A stretch of 64,000 bases of DNA from Desulfobacteraceae bacterium (GCA_011390755.1 JAABRU010000007.1:14534-78533), one strand, 5' to 3'; shown: positions 35,864 to 46,270, numbered from the stretch's first letter. Notes: generated by a model not told the origin, from the letters alone. Translations and numbers: made by a program.

Positions 35864-37231
35864 AATCAAGGTTTATCCGGGGGATGGAAATACAGTCGGT
35901 CGGGGAAGTATCGGATGCGGATATATGGGGATCATCGGCAGTATCGGAATCCTCCGTCTTTTCGGTCTTTGGGGAAGTCGGACCCGCTTTTCTCTGCCTC
36001 AGCCCTTTTACCACAATCTGAACGGAAAGATGGGAAGACGAATCCGGTTTGACAATTTCCAGGTGATTGCCCGGAATGGTTTCCCTTGCCTTCTGGGGAA
36101 AAGGAAGATGGCAGGACTGTTCACTGACAAAATCATCATTCATGCCGCGCACAGCCCTGAAATGGAAACGTCCGTTATAGTCAACTTTTTCATCCCACTG
36201 ACGGCGAAGGTTGATAATGAACTCTCCCCGGTCTGCCATATCCCGGACCTGGGATTTGCGGAAAATCCCTGCACCGAATGCAGCTTTCATCAGACCTCCG
36301 CTGGGCGTACCGAACATGAAGAGATGGCTGACTTTTTCAAAAACTACCGGATCATCCATAAGTGCCCGCTGCACAACCAGTCCTCCCATGCTGTGGGCAA
36401 TAAAAGCAAGATTATCATAACGGTCAAAAGGAGAATACGCAATACGGGTACGAAGACTGTCGGCAAGGGAACGGATGGAGGGATAGGCAAACCAGACCCG
36501 TTTGGATTCCAAAGCAAAAAGACTGGTGGGATATCCGATGCTGAAAATATCCCAGTCCTGAATATCCGGGTGCTGCTTCAGAAATTCGGGAAAATCCCCC
36601 CAGGTTTTGCATATATCTCCGGCAAAACCGTGAATAAATACGACTGCCGAATTTTGCCCCTTATCCTTGTAAGAATAGAAATCCGCTTTCATGAAAACCT
36701 TTCAGAATTATGATGCAAGATGTAGACTTTAAGAAAATAGTTTTGGGGGTGTCCAAAATTTTAAATGTTATAAATTCAGGATATTAAAAATTAAGCTACC
36801 CCAAAACTATTATCTTAAACACTATATGAATGACATAACACACAGACGGATGGCAAATCAAGCAGTCTGTTTTGGAATTTTTGGAAAAATCTGTCCGATA
36901 TAAAAACCTCCCGATTCTGCTGAACGGAAACATTTTCAAAATAATGGACAGCGCACATCGCTCCCGAATTTTTTTGACTTCCGGATACAATTCTGGCATC
37001 ATGCTGATATGAAAAAACCGAAAACATATCTGAAAAATCCGTAAACAATCCTCATAATGCGGTTTTTCAGTCGGTTATGACACCTGCGGAGCAGATCAGA
37101 CAGAAAGTTCTGCCTTACGGCAGAATCAGGGCAGGCGGTGTTATTGTATACGCCCTTCCGCCAATCGCCGGGGACGGATGCAGCAGGCCCATACAGGAGT
37201 GGCATAAACCGTCAGTTTAACTTTGACAGAG

Positions 37232-37365
37232 CATTATTGATGAACCCGTAAAAATTCCTTCGATAAAAATTTTGCTACATTATATAGCGATTACCGGAGC
37301 AATTATGCACAACATGTTGCGCTGAAAATTTTAGGTTTTGACTTTTTACGAAACCATCATTATTG
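37232..37365. mobile_element. MITE-Z, copy 3
   Basis: CATTATTGATGAACCCGTAAAAATTCC ... GACTTTTTACGAAACCATCATTATTG. Lies ~55 nt upstream of the 1522-aa gene. Confidence 0.65.
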
Positions 37366-37419
37366 AAATCTGATTTTTTAGGGGTTCATCAACAATAATT
37401 TTTTGAGACGCTTAAAAAT

Positions 37420-40400
37420 ATGTGCGGAATTGTATGTTATTTCGGCGGAGCAGGCAACAACTTCACCCGCCTGCTGACAGCCATGTCGGCCATTATTTAC
37501 CGGGCACCCGACAGCACGGGAATCGGCCTGTTCGGAGATGATCAGGAACCTGTGCGTCTGCGAAAAGCTCTGGGTTCGGTTTCCAATCTCAGCAGCGGGC
37601 TTCTCAGGGCTGCGGTCTATCCCAATCAGTCGGCAAAACTCATGCGTCTGTGGACCCTGCCGGATCAGCGGATTTCTCTGGAAGAATACCAGAAGCGGAT
37701 TCTGGAATTTCAGGAACATTCCGAGGAAACGTATTCCCCCCTGCTTTCCGGAAAAAACAAACCGCTTTCCATAGATGAACTGACAATGACAGGTCCTGCA
37801 CGGAAATACCTGCAGCCCGGCACTCCCGGAAGAGCAACACCCCTGCCGCTATATTTTATCACTTCCCCGGAGCAGTTCAGCACCCTTTTGCGAACCCTGG
37901 CCTCCGATTATGATATTTCCACTGTGGTACTCCGCTCTCTTATACAAAAGAATCTGGAATGGTATATTCAGGAAGAAGAAAAAACCGGGCAGGATATTAC
38001 AGCGGAAAAGTCGGGGGAAATTCTCAACACCTTTGACCGGATTTTCGACGAAGTCATTTCCAGGGATACTGTTTTTCAGGAATCCATGTACACGGAATAT
38101 CCCCAGGACAGCCCCTCTTTCCCGCAGGACCCGGAAATCAGGGAACTTGCCTGGTATTATCTGAAAAAAATGCCTTTTCAGATTCCGGAAGATTATGACC
38201 GGGACGGAGTGCGATGCACATTCCGCCTGCTGGATGCGGCGCTGATGTGCAGACTGCGCATGTTCCCCGAACTGCACACCGGGCTGCAGGAAGTTCTGGA
38301 ATCTCTGTGGCCCACTGCCCGGTATCTGCCCAACACAGACTGGCAGACAATGTATCAGGCGGAAAAAGGGGCAAATGTGTATGGCTGGGGCGCGGCAAGT
38401 GTATTGACATATTTGCAGAAAAACGAAATCTTTCCCCTGCTCTGGCAGGCCGATACAGAACCGGTTCCGGCTTTCCGGGACGGATACACTGATTCCATGT
38501 GCCTGCGTTTTCTTTCCGAACCGGTTATCGCCCACGGCAGATGGGCACTGCAGTCTGCCGTAAATGTAAAAAATTCGCATCCTTTTCATGATTTCCGGAG
38601 ACATCGCTGTATTGTGCTCAACGGTCAGTTCAGCAGCTCGGTGGAAAGCGAAACGCATGATTTTCTTGCCAGTGTGGCGGGAATGCCTTTCCGTACAGAA
38701 AATTCCAGTGAGTATTTTGCTTTGCTCTGGGGATATTATTTTCACAATCTGTCATCGGAAAAAAAACGCTATGATGAAATCAGAATACAGACCGACAGGG
38801 GATCGGATGATTTTTATATGGGCAGTCATTCCATAGATTTCCGGGTGTACCGGCAGCTGGAAGGAAAAAGCGCGCAGGCTCTGGATGAAATGGCTTTTCT
38901 GGAAGCGGTGCGGCGCATGAAATCAGACGGGGGGCAGGTCGCCGCTGCCGGTATCAGTCTGCATTCCCCCCGCCGTGTTTATATTGCCTGCCATAACCGT
39001 CCCGCGTTTGTGGTGCAGAGGGCAGACAATAATGACATCATGATTGTTTCGGACATCAACGCGGCCCTGGGGCTTTTTTCCCAATCCCGCATACGGAACT
39101 GCGCGGACCGTCTCCAGAAACTGATGAAAAGACATTACAGGGAACTGCAGAAATACCTGGATTTCGGGGCATCGGAAAAAGAAACGGAAAGGATGCGGCG
39201 GGCACAGCGTCAGGCTGAAAACAGCCTGCTGGAACCCTTCCGGATAACAGTGTTTCCCCTGGAAGGGGAAGAAATTTTTGTCCGTCTGGAAACCTGTTTT
39301 CAGGAGGGAACACTGGATCGGCGCGCGCTGATTTCTGATTTTAATGGGAATCCGCTTCCGGATATCGAAGCATTTTCCACTGTTCTCAATCCGTTGCAGA
39401 TGCGCAAAGGGCTGTACGGTTCTTTTTATGAAAAACATCTCAATGAAATACCCGACCGACTGCATGATATACTGCGTTATTATATTCCGGAAGGAGAAAG
39501 ACTGCCCCGTTTTGATCTGCGGGAAAAGCTGACGGAACGCCGCTTCGGCCCGGGATTTCATAACCTGAAACGCATTGTGCTGGCAGGAATGGGCAGTTCC
39601 TGTCATATGGGGCTGATTGCCCGCGCCGCATTTGGGCACCTGCTGCCGGAACTGGATATCCGTGTGGTGCAGCCAGCAGAAACCGATCAGATACGGCAGC
39701 TGGTTTTTCCGGAAAAAGATCTGCTTCTCCTGCTGAGCTGGTCTTCCACCACCGCGGACATGGTGGAATTTGCCAAAGAGTTGCGCGATGCAAACACCGT
39801 CATGATCGGCATAACAGAAAAGGTTTTTGCCGATATGGCCCTGATTTGCGGCAAAAGCGGCGGTGTAATCCCGGTGCTGAGCGGCGAAGAGGTGACGGTG
39901 TCGGGTATTAAAAGTACGATGTGTATGCTTTTCTGCCTGCATCTTTTTGCACTGCGGCTGGGGGAGCAGATGAAATCCCCCTTCATATGGGATTATGCAG
40001 AAAAAATAAAAGAGATCCCCCGGCTTCTCGCGGATCTGCTCCATAACAGTGAACTGAAAGATTTTGCAGGAGAGCTGGCCCGGAAAAATGCCCGCAGTCA
40101 TGCCTGTATTCTCATCGGAGACAGGGATACCGGCCGGGAAGGTGCGCTGAAACTGGAAGAGTGCAGCTGGTCTTCCATCGGCAGAACCCTGGATTACGGG
40201 GATTTTTTATCCGGAACATTTCCTGTAAAAAAACTGGCAAAGGATCCGCAGGGGCATCTTCTGCTGGTGGATGCCTACCGTTCTTCCCGTATAAGCGAAG
40301 CCCTGCAGGTCATGGAGATGCTGTATCAGGCCGGTGTCTGTTTTACGGCCATCGGAACGCAGCATTCGGCCCATGCGGATGATATTTCAAAATACAGCCG

Positions 40401-41988
40401 GGGCAGTTCTTATTTTATGCCGGATGCGGTTCCGTCCGCCCGTCCTTTTCTTCTTCTCCTGTTTTATTATATTTTTACCCTGGAATTTGCACGGGCCAGG
40501 GGGCGCAAAGATGACGAATTTCCCCGTAACCGTGCCAAATCCGTAACCGCGGGCCGCAGCCGTTCCCCTGTCCGGCGGTCCGCAGGCGGAGAACTGATGG
40601 CACTGGCCCGCCGGAATTCCGCATTCCGCTCGCTTGGGGATCAGTCCGTCGAAGGAGAAGAAAGTCTGTGGGAGCAGCAGACCTTTTCCCATGCGGAACG
40701 GAAATCATACCGGCAGATCCGCATTCTGGGAGAATATCTTTCTGCGGACGCGCCTTTGCAGTATTTTTTTCCAAAGCAGGGAAAAAAACCGGGGAAAGAT
40801 ATTGCTGCTTTGGGGAAAATGATTTTTGAAGAATTGAATGAGGGAGGCGAGCTGGTTTTTTTGGCTTTTGACCGGGAAGCAGAAGCTGCCGCACGCCATA
40901 TCAGCTGCCAGTGGCAGCGTTTTACAGACTGCCCCATGTATGTATGCGGTCCGGAAAAAGATGAATTCCCTTTTCATGAAAACACCCTGCTGTTCTGCCT
41001 GGGAACCCGTCCCCCCCTTTCCGCAGATGCAAAACTGAAAAAACTGCATCAGCAGCTTTGTTTATGGCTCGGTCCTTCCCTGCCCGCGGATACGGCCCGT
41101 ATCTTCCGTTCTTCACTGGGATATTTTCCCGGCAATGCAGCAGACAGCATTGCATTGTATGCGGATCTCTGCGTTCTGCTCACAGAAGCCCGGAAATCCC
41201 AGTCCCTGAAAAAGGGTGAGGTCATTGCAGCACATTTCCGCCACAGCGGGCACTGCATCCGCACCCTGCTTTCCGACGGAGAACTCCGCAGGCACATCCG
41301 CCGCATCATGCGGGCCAACCGGAAATATCATACAGCATTTTATATCGGACCTCCGGCCGGAAGCGGTCTTTCCTGGGTGCAGCGTTTTGACGGGATACAG
41401 CGGCCGGATACGGCATGGCATTCATTCGGCACCTGCGCACACGGCCCCCTGGCCACCGTAGACAATAATGTGAAGGCCAAATATATCCGACTGCACGGAC
41501 GCAAAAAAATGATAGCGGAATACGGGGAAAAAAGAGTAATGCGATGGGAGCGATATTATCTGGGCGGTCTGACAACAGATCAGTTTTTACAGGGAAAAAG
41601 CCCCGCTGAAGATCCCCTTCATCCCAGACCCAAAGCCTTTTTTGCAGAAGGGGACTGGTATATTCCGGCTTTGCATCCGGATTATGATACCGTGGAGGAC
41701 AATCTCATCATTCTGGATGCCACCCGCAGTCATTATTTCGGTCAGGCCCTGGATGAACTTTCCACTCTGGGCTGCCGCAATGCCAGAATCATCCTCATCA
41801 CCCAGAAGGCTTTTGTGCGGATGCCTGAAAAAAAAGCCCTTTTCACCCATCCTTTCAGCCACCTTATCCGCATTCCCTCGCCCGAAGACAAAGGGGAACC
41901 CCTGCCTGTTTCCGGATTTATTCTTCCCTTTCTGATGGAAATTGTCGGGATTGCCCTGGCAGCGGAAGCCGGCGGGGAAAGGGAATAA
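37420..41988 (+). CDS. giant GlmS-like glutamine amidotransferase (class II Ntn) with multiple SIS-like modules (1522 aa)
   Basis: N-terminal MCGIVCYFGG (Cys1 nucleophile), AHGRWALQS...NSHPF, VLNGQF. SIS module RIVLAGMGSSCHMG...LLLLSWSSTTADM. GALKLEE block. A second distal set is ...YHTAFYIGPPAGSG...CAHGPLATVD. There is no internal stop. Confidence 0.8.
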   Translation: MCGIVCYFGGAGNNFTRLLTAMSAIIYRAPDSTGIGLFGDDQEPVRLRKALGSVSNLSSGLLRAAVYPNQSAKLMRLWTLPDQRISLEEYQKRILEFQEHSEETYSPLLSGKNKPLSIDELTMTGPARKYLQPGTPGRATPLPLYFITSPEQFSTLLRTLASDYDISTVVLRSLIQKNLEWYIQEEEKTGQDITAEKSGEILNTFDRIFDEVISRDTVFQESMYTEYPQDSPSFPQDPEIRELAWYYLKKMPFQIPEDYDRDGVRCTFRLLDAALMCRLRMFPELHTGLQEVLESLWPTARYLPNTDWQTMYQAEKGANVYGWGAASVLTYLQKNEIFPLLWQADTEPVPAFRDGYTDSMCLRFLSEPVIAHGRWALQSAVNVKNSHPFHDFRRHRCIVLNGQFSSSVESETHDFLASVAGMPFRTENSSEYFALLWGYYFHNLSSEKKRYDEIRIQTDRGSDDFYMGSHSIDFRVYRQLEGKSAQALDEMAFLEAVRRMKSDGGQVAAAGISLHSPRRVYIACHNRPAFVVQRADNNDIMIVSDINAALGLFSQSRIRNCADRLQKLMKRHYRELQKYLDFGASEKETERMRRAQRQAENSLLEPFRITVFPLEGEEIFVRLETCFQEGTLDRRALISDFNGNPLPDIEAFSTVLNPLQMRKGLYGSFYEKHLNEIPDRLHDILRYYIPEGERLPRFDLREKLTERRFGPGFHNLKRIVLAGMGSSCHMGLIARAAFGHLLPELDIRVVQPAETDQIRQLVFPEKDLLLLLSWSSTTADMVEFAKELRDANTVMIGITEKVFADMALICGKSGGVIPVLSGEEVTVSGIKSTMCMLFCLHLFALRLGEQMKSPFIWDYAEKIKEIPRLLADLLHNSELKDFAGELARKNARSHACILIGDRDTGREGALKLEECSWSSIGRTLDYGDFLSGTFPVKKLAKDPQGHLLLVDAYRSSRISEALQVMEMLYQAGVCFTAIGTQHSAHADDISKYSRGSSYFMPDAVPSARPFLLLLFYYIFTLEFARARGRKDDEFPRNRAKSVTAGRSRSPVRRSAGGELMALARRNSAFRSLGDQSVEGEESLWEQQTFSHAERKSYRQIRILGEYLSADAPLQYFFPKQGKKPGKDIAALGKMIFEELNEGGELVFLAFDREAEAAARHISCQWQRFTDCPMYVCGPEKDEFPFHENTLLFCLGTRPPLSADAKLKKLHQQLCLWLGPSLPADTARIFRSSLGYFPGNAADSIALYADLCVLLTEARKSQSLKKGEVIAAHFRHSGHCIRTLLSDGELRRHIRRIMRANRKYHTAFYIGPPAGSGLSWVQRFDGIQRPDTAWHSFGTCAHGPLATVDNNVKAKYIRLHGRKKMIAEYGEKRVMRWERYYLGGLTTDQFLQGKSPAEDPLHPRPKAFFAEGDWYIPALHPDYDTVEDNLIILDATRSHYFGQALDELSTLGCRNARIILITQKAFVRMPEKKALFTHPFSHLIRIPSPEDKGEPLPVSGFILPFLMEIVGIALAAEAGGERE

Positions 41989-42227
41989 TACCGGTCCCGG
42001 CAAATAAACTGCCATGCGGAGGCATCGAAAATGTTCAATTACGGCAGATTATTGCATGGGACTGATATAACCTGCATTATTCACACGTTTTAGTCTCTGG
42101 CAGATAAACTGCTGATTATTCTGCTTATACGAAAATACGGCTGCAAAACTCAGTTTTTTGTGTCTTCCTGTATTTACTGTAAAAGACTGATTTGTGAATA
42201 ATTCAGGATAAGAAAGAAATGCGGGTA

Positions 42228-44198
42228 TTATTTTTCCATAATTCCGAATACGATGGTTTCTTCCTTCAGATTATCCGGTTCTTCCAGTCCTTTTTCCAGA
42301 AAAGGGTTTCCTTCCATAATGGCAATATAGGAATAACTGTCAAAAACAGCCACCCGTCCCTTTATGATGTCGGATTCTTTCCATGAAAAACCCCTGTAAA
42401 CCGAACGCAGTCTCTGAAAATACGGATGCGTCCTTTTCCTGCGGGAATTACTTTTCAGACTGCCCCTTTCCCCGCGGGAATTACTTTTCAGACTGCCCCT
42501 TTCCCCGCGGGAACTTCTTTTCAGACTGCCCCTTTTTCCGGCAGGGACAGGGCCTGCGGAATACATCATCCTCCCCTGTCTGTTATAAATTAACAGCTTT
42601 CGGATATCCGCTCCCAGACCGTTGAGCACCGAAGGTTCCGAACCGAATCTCATTTCCAGTCTTTCTCTTCTTTTTTCATATTTCCGTAACTGAAAATGGG
42701 CGGGAACACGGGCCGTGATCCATCCGCTTTCCAAATGCTGATCCCGGGTCCAGTCCAGTGTCCGCGGATTTCCCTCTCCGTATAAATTGGAAACAACAGG
42801 ACTTACTTCGGTCTGCCGGGAAAAATGCAGACCCCTGCCGGGGGTCATGCGGCAGTAGTATCCGGCCAGCCCCAGCGTCACGGCTTCATGTTTTGACTGA
42901 TCCAGTATGGTAAAGGCCGAGATACGCACATCCGAATCCAGACCTTCGGAAAAAACAGCGTAAAGAAAAACAGCCGTGCAGGTAAAAAGAGAAATGGCCG
43001 GGATGGTCCATATCAGCAGGATTTTTTTCTTTTTCAGTGACAGGACAAAGAAATTCAAAGGCCCGACAATGATGACAAAAAGAAACATGCCCAGAAAAAA
43101 ACCGCGAATATTTATCTCCGCATCCCCTGAAACCGGCAGGGCAAGATTGGCGGAAGCCGGTGTGTCAAATTTATACCAGGGCTGCTGCACCTGTTTCCAT
43201 ATCCGGTAAAGTGCGTTCATCTGCACTGTATCCAACTCTGCTGCGGAAGTAAGCGGAAAAACAGTGCACTGTCCGAATCCGGCATAATACACATGCTTAT
43301 TTCCGTCTTTTTCCCCATAGATATCGGTAAATTTGTAATCTCCTAAAATACTGAGACTGCCTCCGCATTTGACATAGGCCAGCAGGGCGGATGCGGAAGC
43401 CGGGGACAGGGCATCCATATCCGCGGCCGTCATGATAATGCCGTCATAGGGGCTGTAGCTCATCCAGTTTTCCGGCCAGAAAGCCGGGGGGGACTGGGCG
43501 CGGATCAGGGAAATATAATTTTCTGTATCAGATGCGGAAGATTTGGATTTTGTTTTCTTCTTCAGTTCATCTGTTTTTTCCAGGCTGCGGAGCAGATCAT
43601 CCCGGTTCAGCGAAGGACTGACCAGAAGACAGATTTTTCTTTTTCCGTAGGGCATATGGGGGGTATGGGGCAAAGGAAGCGAAGGGAGCTGCCGGGCACC
43701 GTCTATGGAAATATAGGCTGTATCGGCCCATAAACGCAGGGGCGGCAGCATGACGGAAAAATGAATCTCCGCGCTGGGGGAAATGCTTACATGCCGCCGC
43801 ATTTCCCGGATAACACTGTTCCGGGCCGGTTTGTTTTTTCCTGCAAACAGAATTTCCACTTCATAGGAACGTAGCGGGGAATGATTCTTCAGATAAATGC
43901 GGTAATCATAATAACCGTGAAAACTTTCTCCTTCTGTCCGGGCCTGAATATTCACATCGATATCCCCGAAAGAAGTCAGGGCAAAGCTGTTTTTGCAGCA
44001 GAAAAGAGAAAGCAGCATCAGAAGTATGACCTCCGGTATTTGAAAGCGGAACCCCGGAACCGGATTCTCTGGTTTTGAAACCCGGTACCCGAAATTTGAA
44101 CCCGCTCCTCCGGCCCCCCGGTTTTCGGGTCTGCAGTTTGAGACCGGGAAAATATCATCCCCGGGCAGCAGCACCTGCCCGATTTTATCTTTTCTCAT
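42228..44198 (-). CDS. large membrane protein downstream of MoxR (DUF4350-like region, tentative), 656 aa
   Basis: ATGA overlap with the MoxR stop. N-terminal TM, central YVKCGGSLSILGD (GATase1-like fold motif seen in DUF4350/DUF4159 proteins), and TM pair LGMFLFVIIVGPLNFFVL / LLIWTIPAISLFTCTAVFLYAV. Confidence 0.7.
   Translation of the reverse strand: MRKDKIGQVLLPGDDIFPVSNCRPENRGAGGAGSNFGYRVSKPENPVPGFRFQIPEVILLMLLSLFCCKNSFALTSFGDIDVNIQARTEGESFHGYYDYRIYLKNHSPLRSYEVEILFAGKNKPARNSVIREMRRHVSISPSAEIHFSVMLPPLRLWADTAYISIDGARQLPSLPLPHTPHMPYGKRKICLLVSPSLNRDDLLRSLEKTDELKKKTKSKSSASDTENYISLIRAQSPPAFWPENWMSYSPYDGIIMTAADMDALSPASASALLAYVKCGGSLSILGDYKFTDIYGEKDGNKHVYYAGFGQCTVFPLTSAAELDTVQMNALYRIWKQVQQPWYKFDTPASANLALPVSGDAEINIRGFFLGMFLFVIIVGPLNFFVLSLKKKKILLIWTIPAISLFTCTAVFLYAVFSEGLDSDVRISAFTILDQSKHEAVTLGLAGYYCRMTPGRGLHFSRQTEVSPVVSNLYGEGNPRTLDWTRDQHLESGWITARVPAHFQLRKYEKRRERLEMRFGSEPSVLNGLGADIRKLLIYNRQGRMMYSAGPVPAGKRGSLKRSSRGERGSLKSNSRGERGSLKSNSRRKRTHPYFQRLRSVYRGFSWKESDIIKGRVAVFDSYSYIAIMEGNPFLEKGLEEPDNLKEETIVFGIMEK
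42441..42539. repeat. 33-bp in-frame tandem repeat x3 within the 656-aa gene
   Basis: GCGGGAATTACTTTTCAGACTGCCCCTTTCCCC x3 (third unit diverged) encodes GKRGSLKRSSR-GERGSLKSNSR-GERGSLKSNSR. Confidence 0.9.
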
Positions 44199-45310
44199 TG
44201 CACTTCCACATTCCCCGGCAGTCTCATGCCGGTTTCATCCATTGAGGAAAGCAGTTCTCCCAGCACGGCATGGGCATCAATTTTGTCCATACGGGCTTTG
44301 TATCCCAAAATAATACGGTGATGCAGGGCATGAACCGCAACTGTTTTCACATCTTCAAAGCCCGCGGTCGGACGGCCGCAGATCAGGGCATAGGCCCTGG
44401 CGCTTTCGGCAATTGCAATGGCCGCCCGCGCCGAGGCTCCGAATGAAACATAATTACGGATCATCTCTGTGGCTTCCGGGGAAGCGGGATGGGTGCCGCT
44501 GACCAGCCGGGAGATATAACGGGCCACGGGAAGCGGCAGAAACATTTCATCCATGACAGCAAAAAGATATTCCAGATCTTCGGAAGATACTCTTCTTTCC
44601 GGTTCCGGCGGATTTCCCCTCCGTCTTTCTGTGATGATTTTTTCCAGTGTTTCCGGTTTCGGTGTTTCCACTGTCAGTTTAAAAAGAAAGCGATCCACCT
44701 GGGCTTCGGGCAGGGGATAGGTTCCTTCCAGCTCAATGGGATTCTGGGTGGCCAGCACAAAAAAAGGCGAGGGAAGCTGACGGCTGTTTCCCAGCAGAGT
44801 GACAGCCTGCTCCTGCATGGCTTCCAGCAGTGCGGACTGGGTTTTGGGGGAAGCCCGGTTGATTTCATCGGCCAGCAGAATATTAGTAAAAACAGGGCCT
44901 TTCTGAAAAACCAGTTTTCTCCGGCCCTCTTCATCTGTCTGCAGGATATGATTCCCCAGAATATCTCCCGGCATGAGATCGGGTGTAAACTGCACTCTTT
45001 TATAGTCCAGTCCCAGCAGTTTGGAAAGACTGCGGACCATCAGCGTTTTTCCCACCCCCGGCACACCTTCCAGAAGCACATGACCCCGACTGAGCAAAGC
45101 CGTGAGGATCATGCGGTGCGTATTTTCATTTCCCAGGATAATCCGGTCGGTCTCTTCCAAAAGCGCGGATATAATTCCCCCGGCCTGTTCCATCTCCTGC
45201 GGTGTCAGGAGTTGCTTTTTCTGCTGCATAATCAGGGCTCCGATGATTCCTTTTCCGAGTTCAGTTTTTTGGTAAATATCTTTCATTAAAATAGCGGTTT
45301 CCAGGCTCAT
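44195..45310 (-). CDS. MoxR-family AAA+ ATPase
   Basis: HVLLEGVPGVGKT (Walker A), ILLADEINRASPKTQSALLEAMQE (Walker B/sensor), and the VLATQNP motif. Start is taken at ATG 45310 (alternative 45286). The further track extension lies in repeat DNA. Confidence 0.9.
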   Translation of the reverse strand: MSLETAILMKDIYQKTELGKGIIGALIMQQKKQLLTPQEMEQAGGIISALLEETDRIILGNENTHRMILTALLSRGHVLLEGVPGVGKTLMVRSLSKLLGLDYKRVQFTPDLMPGDILGNHILQTDEEGRRKLVFQKGPVFTNILLADEINRASPKTQSALLEAMQEQAVTLLGNSRQLPSPFFVLATQNPIELEGTYPLPEAQVDRFLFKLTVETPKPETLEKIITERRRGNPPEPERRVSSEDLEYLFAVMDEMFLPLPVARYISRLVSGTHPASPEATEMIRNYVSFGASARAAIAIAESARAYALICGRPTAGFEDVKTVAVHALHHRIILGYKARMDKIDAHAVLGELLSSMDETGMRLPGNVEVQ

Positions 45311-45577
45311 CAGGGAAAAACCGCCAGTTTGGAAATCTGCCAAACTTTCAGTTTGGCACTCCTCCGCAGTCTTTCTGAGTGTACAGAAATATATTTGACA
45401 GCCCGCCATAGTCCTTTGCAGGTGAACTGATACCCGTTATGGGTTTTGAAATTCTCAAATTCAGACTGTTGTGCTAAAATTCCGGTATCAGTTCATCTGC
45501 ATATATCTATAAGATTGAAGCAGATAATGCTATGGTTTTTTGTTCCTCCGGACATTGCAAAGATTCCGCCGCCGTAA

Positions 45578-45702
45578 TATACTGATCCAATTTTGGTTTT
45601 TCCAAAAACAGACACAAAATCTTATAACATGTCCGCCAAACAGTTGCGGTTGACAGTTGAAGCAAATTTCGTGCCTGGAAAAAGCTAAATTGGAATAGTA
45701 TA
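45578..45702. mobile_element. MITE-X, copy 3
   Basis: TATACTGATCCAATTTTGGTTTTTCC ... GGAAAAAGCTAAATTGGAATAGTATA. Confidence 0.7.
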
Positions 45703-46270
45703 TTCGCTTTTTTACAGCGCATATTCTTCCATTTCCAGGTACTCTTCTCTGGTGAGCATCATTTTTTCTGAAAGATTTGCTGTCATGGTTTCCTTCCATG
45801 GGGAATTATACCAATCCCGATAAATAACCTTCCATACAAAAGTCCGGCAAATGCTCATTTACTAACGAATCCGATGGCAGATTATTAAATGGGATTGGTA
45901 TTACTCTGCTTGGGAATGAGTCTGAAATAACCTTCTCATTTCATTCAGCAGACCCGTTGAAAGACATCTGTTCCGATTTTCAAACGGGAAAGTTATCTCG
46001 TACCAGCTCCTTAAGGAAACGGCATTGACGCTGTGTCATTTGACTTTTTACCCGCTCATCAGATATGATATAAAAGAGAAGGCAGAATATCAATATATGT
46101 TTGATATTTTTTGCCGGAAAATGATAATGCTCCCCTGAAAAGTCCGGAATTCCGCTTCTGCCGGATTCCGGAGTTTTCAGTCCCCTGCGGACTCCGGTTT
46201 TGGCAGGAGTGACGGTTTTTCAGCTTTTTGGGGATACATCGGATCGCAGGTTCCGGAAACAGACAGGAAA

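Larger units (their letters stand above)
33128..36692 (-). pseudogene. STAND NTPase (alpha/beta-hydrolase / NB-ARC / TPR) split into three ORFs by two MITE-Y insertions
   Basis: Three pieces. 36692-35817: hydrolase (VVFIHGFAGD, AHSMGG). 35773-34475: NB-ARC (GGVGKTS, LIVLDGLE, VITTR, GHALAL). 34381-33128: TPR. Removing both MITEs plus one TSD each leaves 3147 nt, a single open frame of 1048 codons. Confidence 0.85.

Noticed and set aside
38923-40101. 392-aa minus-strand ORF inside the GlmS-like gene.
   Set aside because: It is an antisense shadow with no motifs.
45712-45786. 24-aa ORF MTANLSEKMMLTREEYLEMEEYAL with a good RBS (resembles the N-terminus of Uma2/DUF820 endonucleases).
   Set aside because: It terminates where MITE-X copy 3 begins, so it is most likely the stub of a gene destroyed by the insertion.
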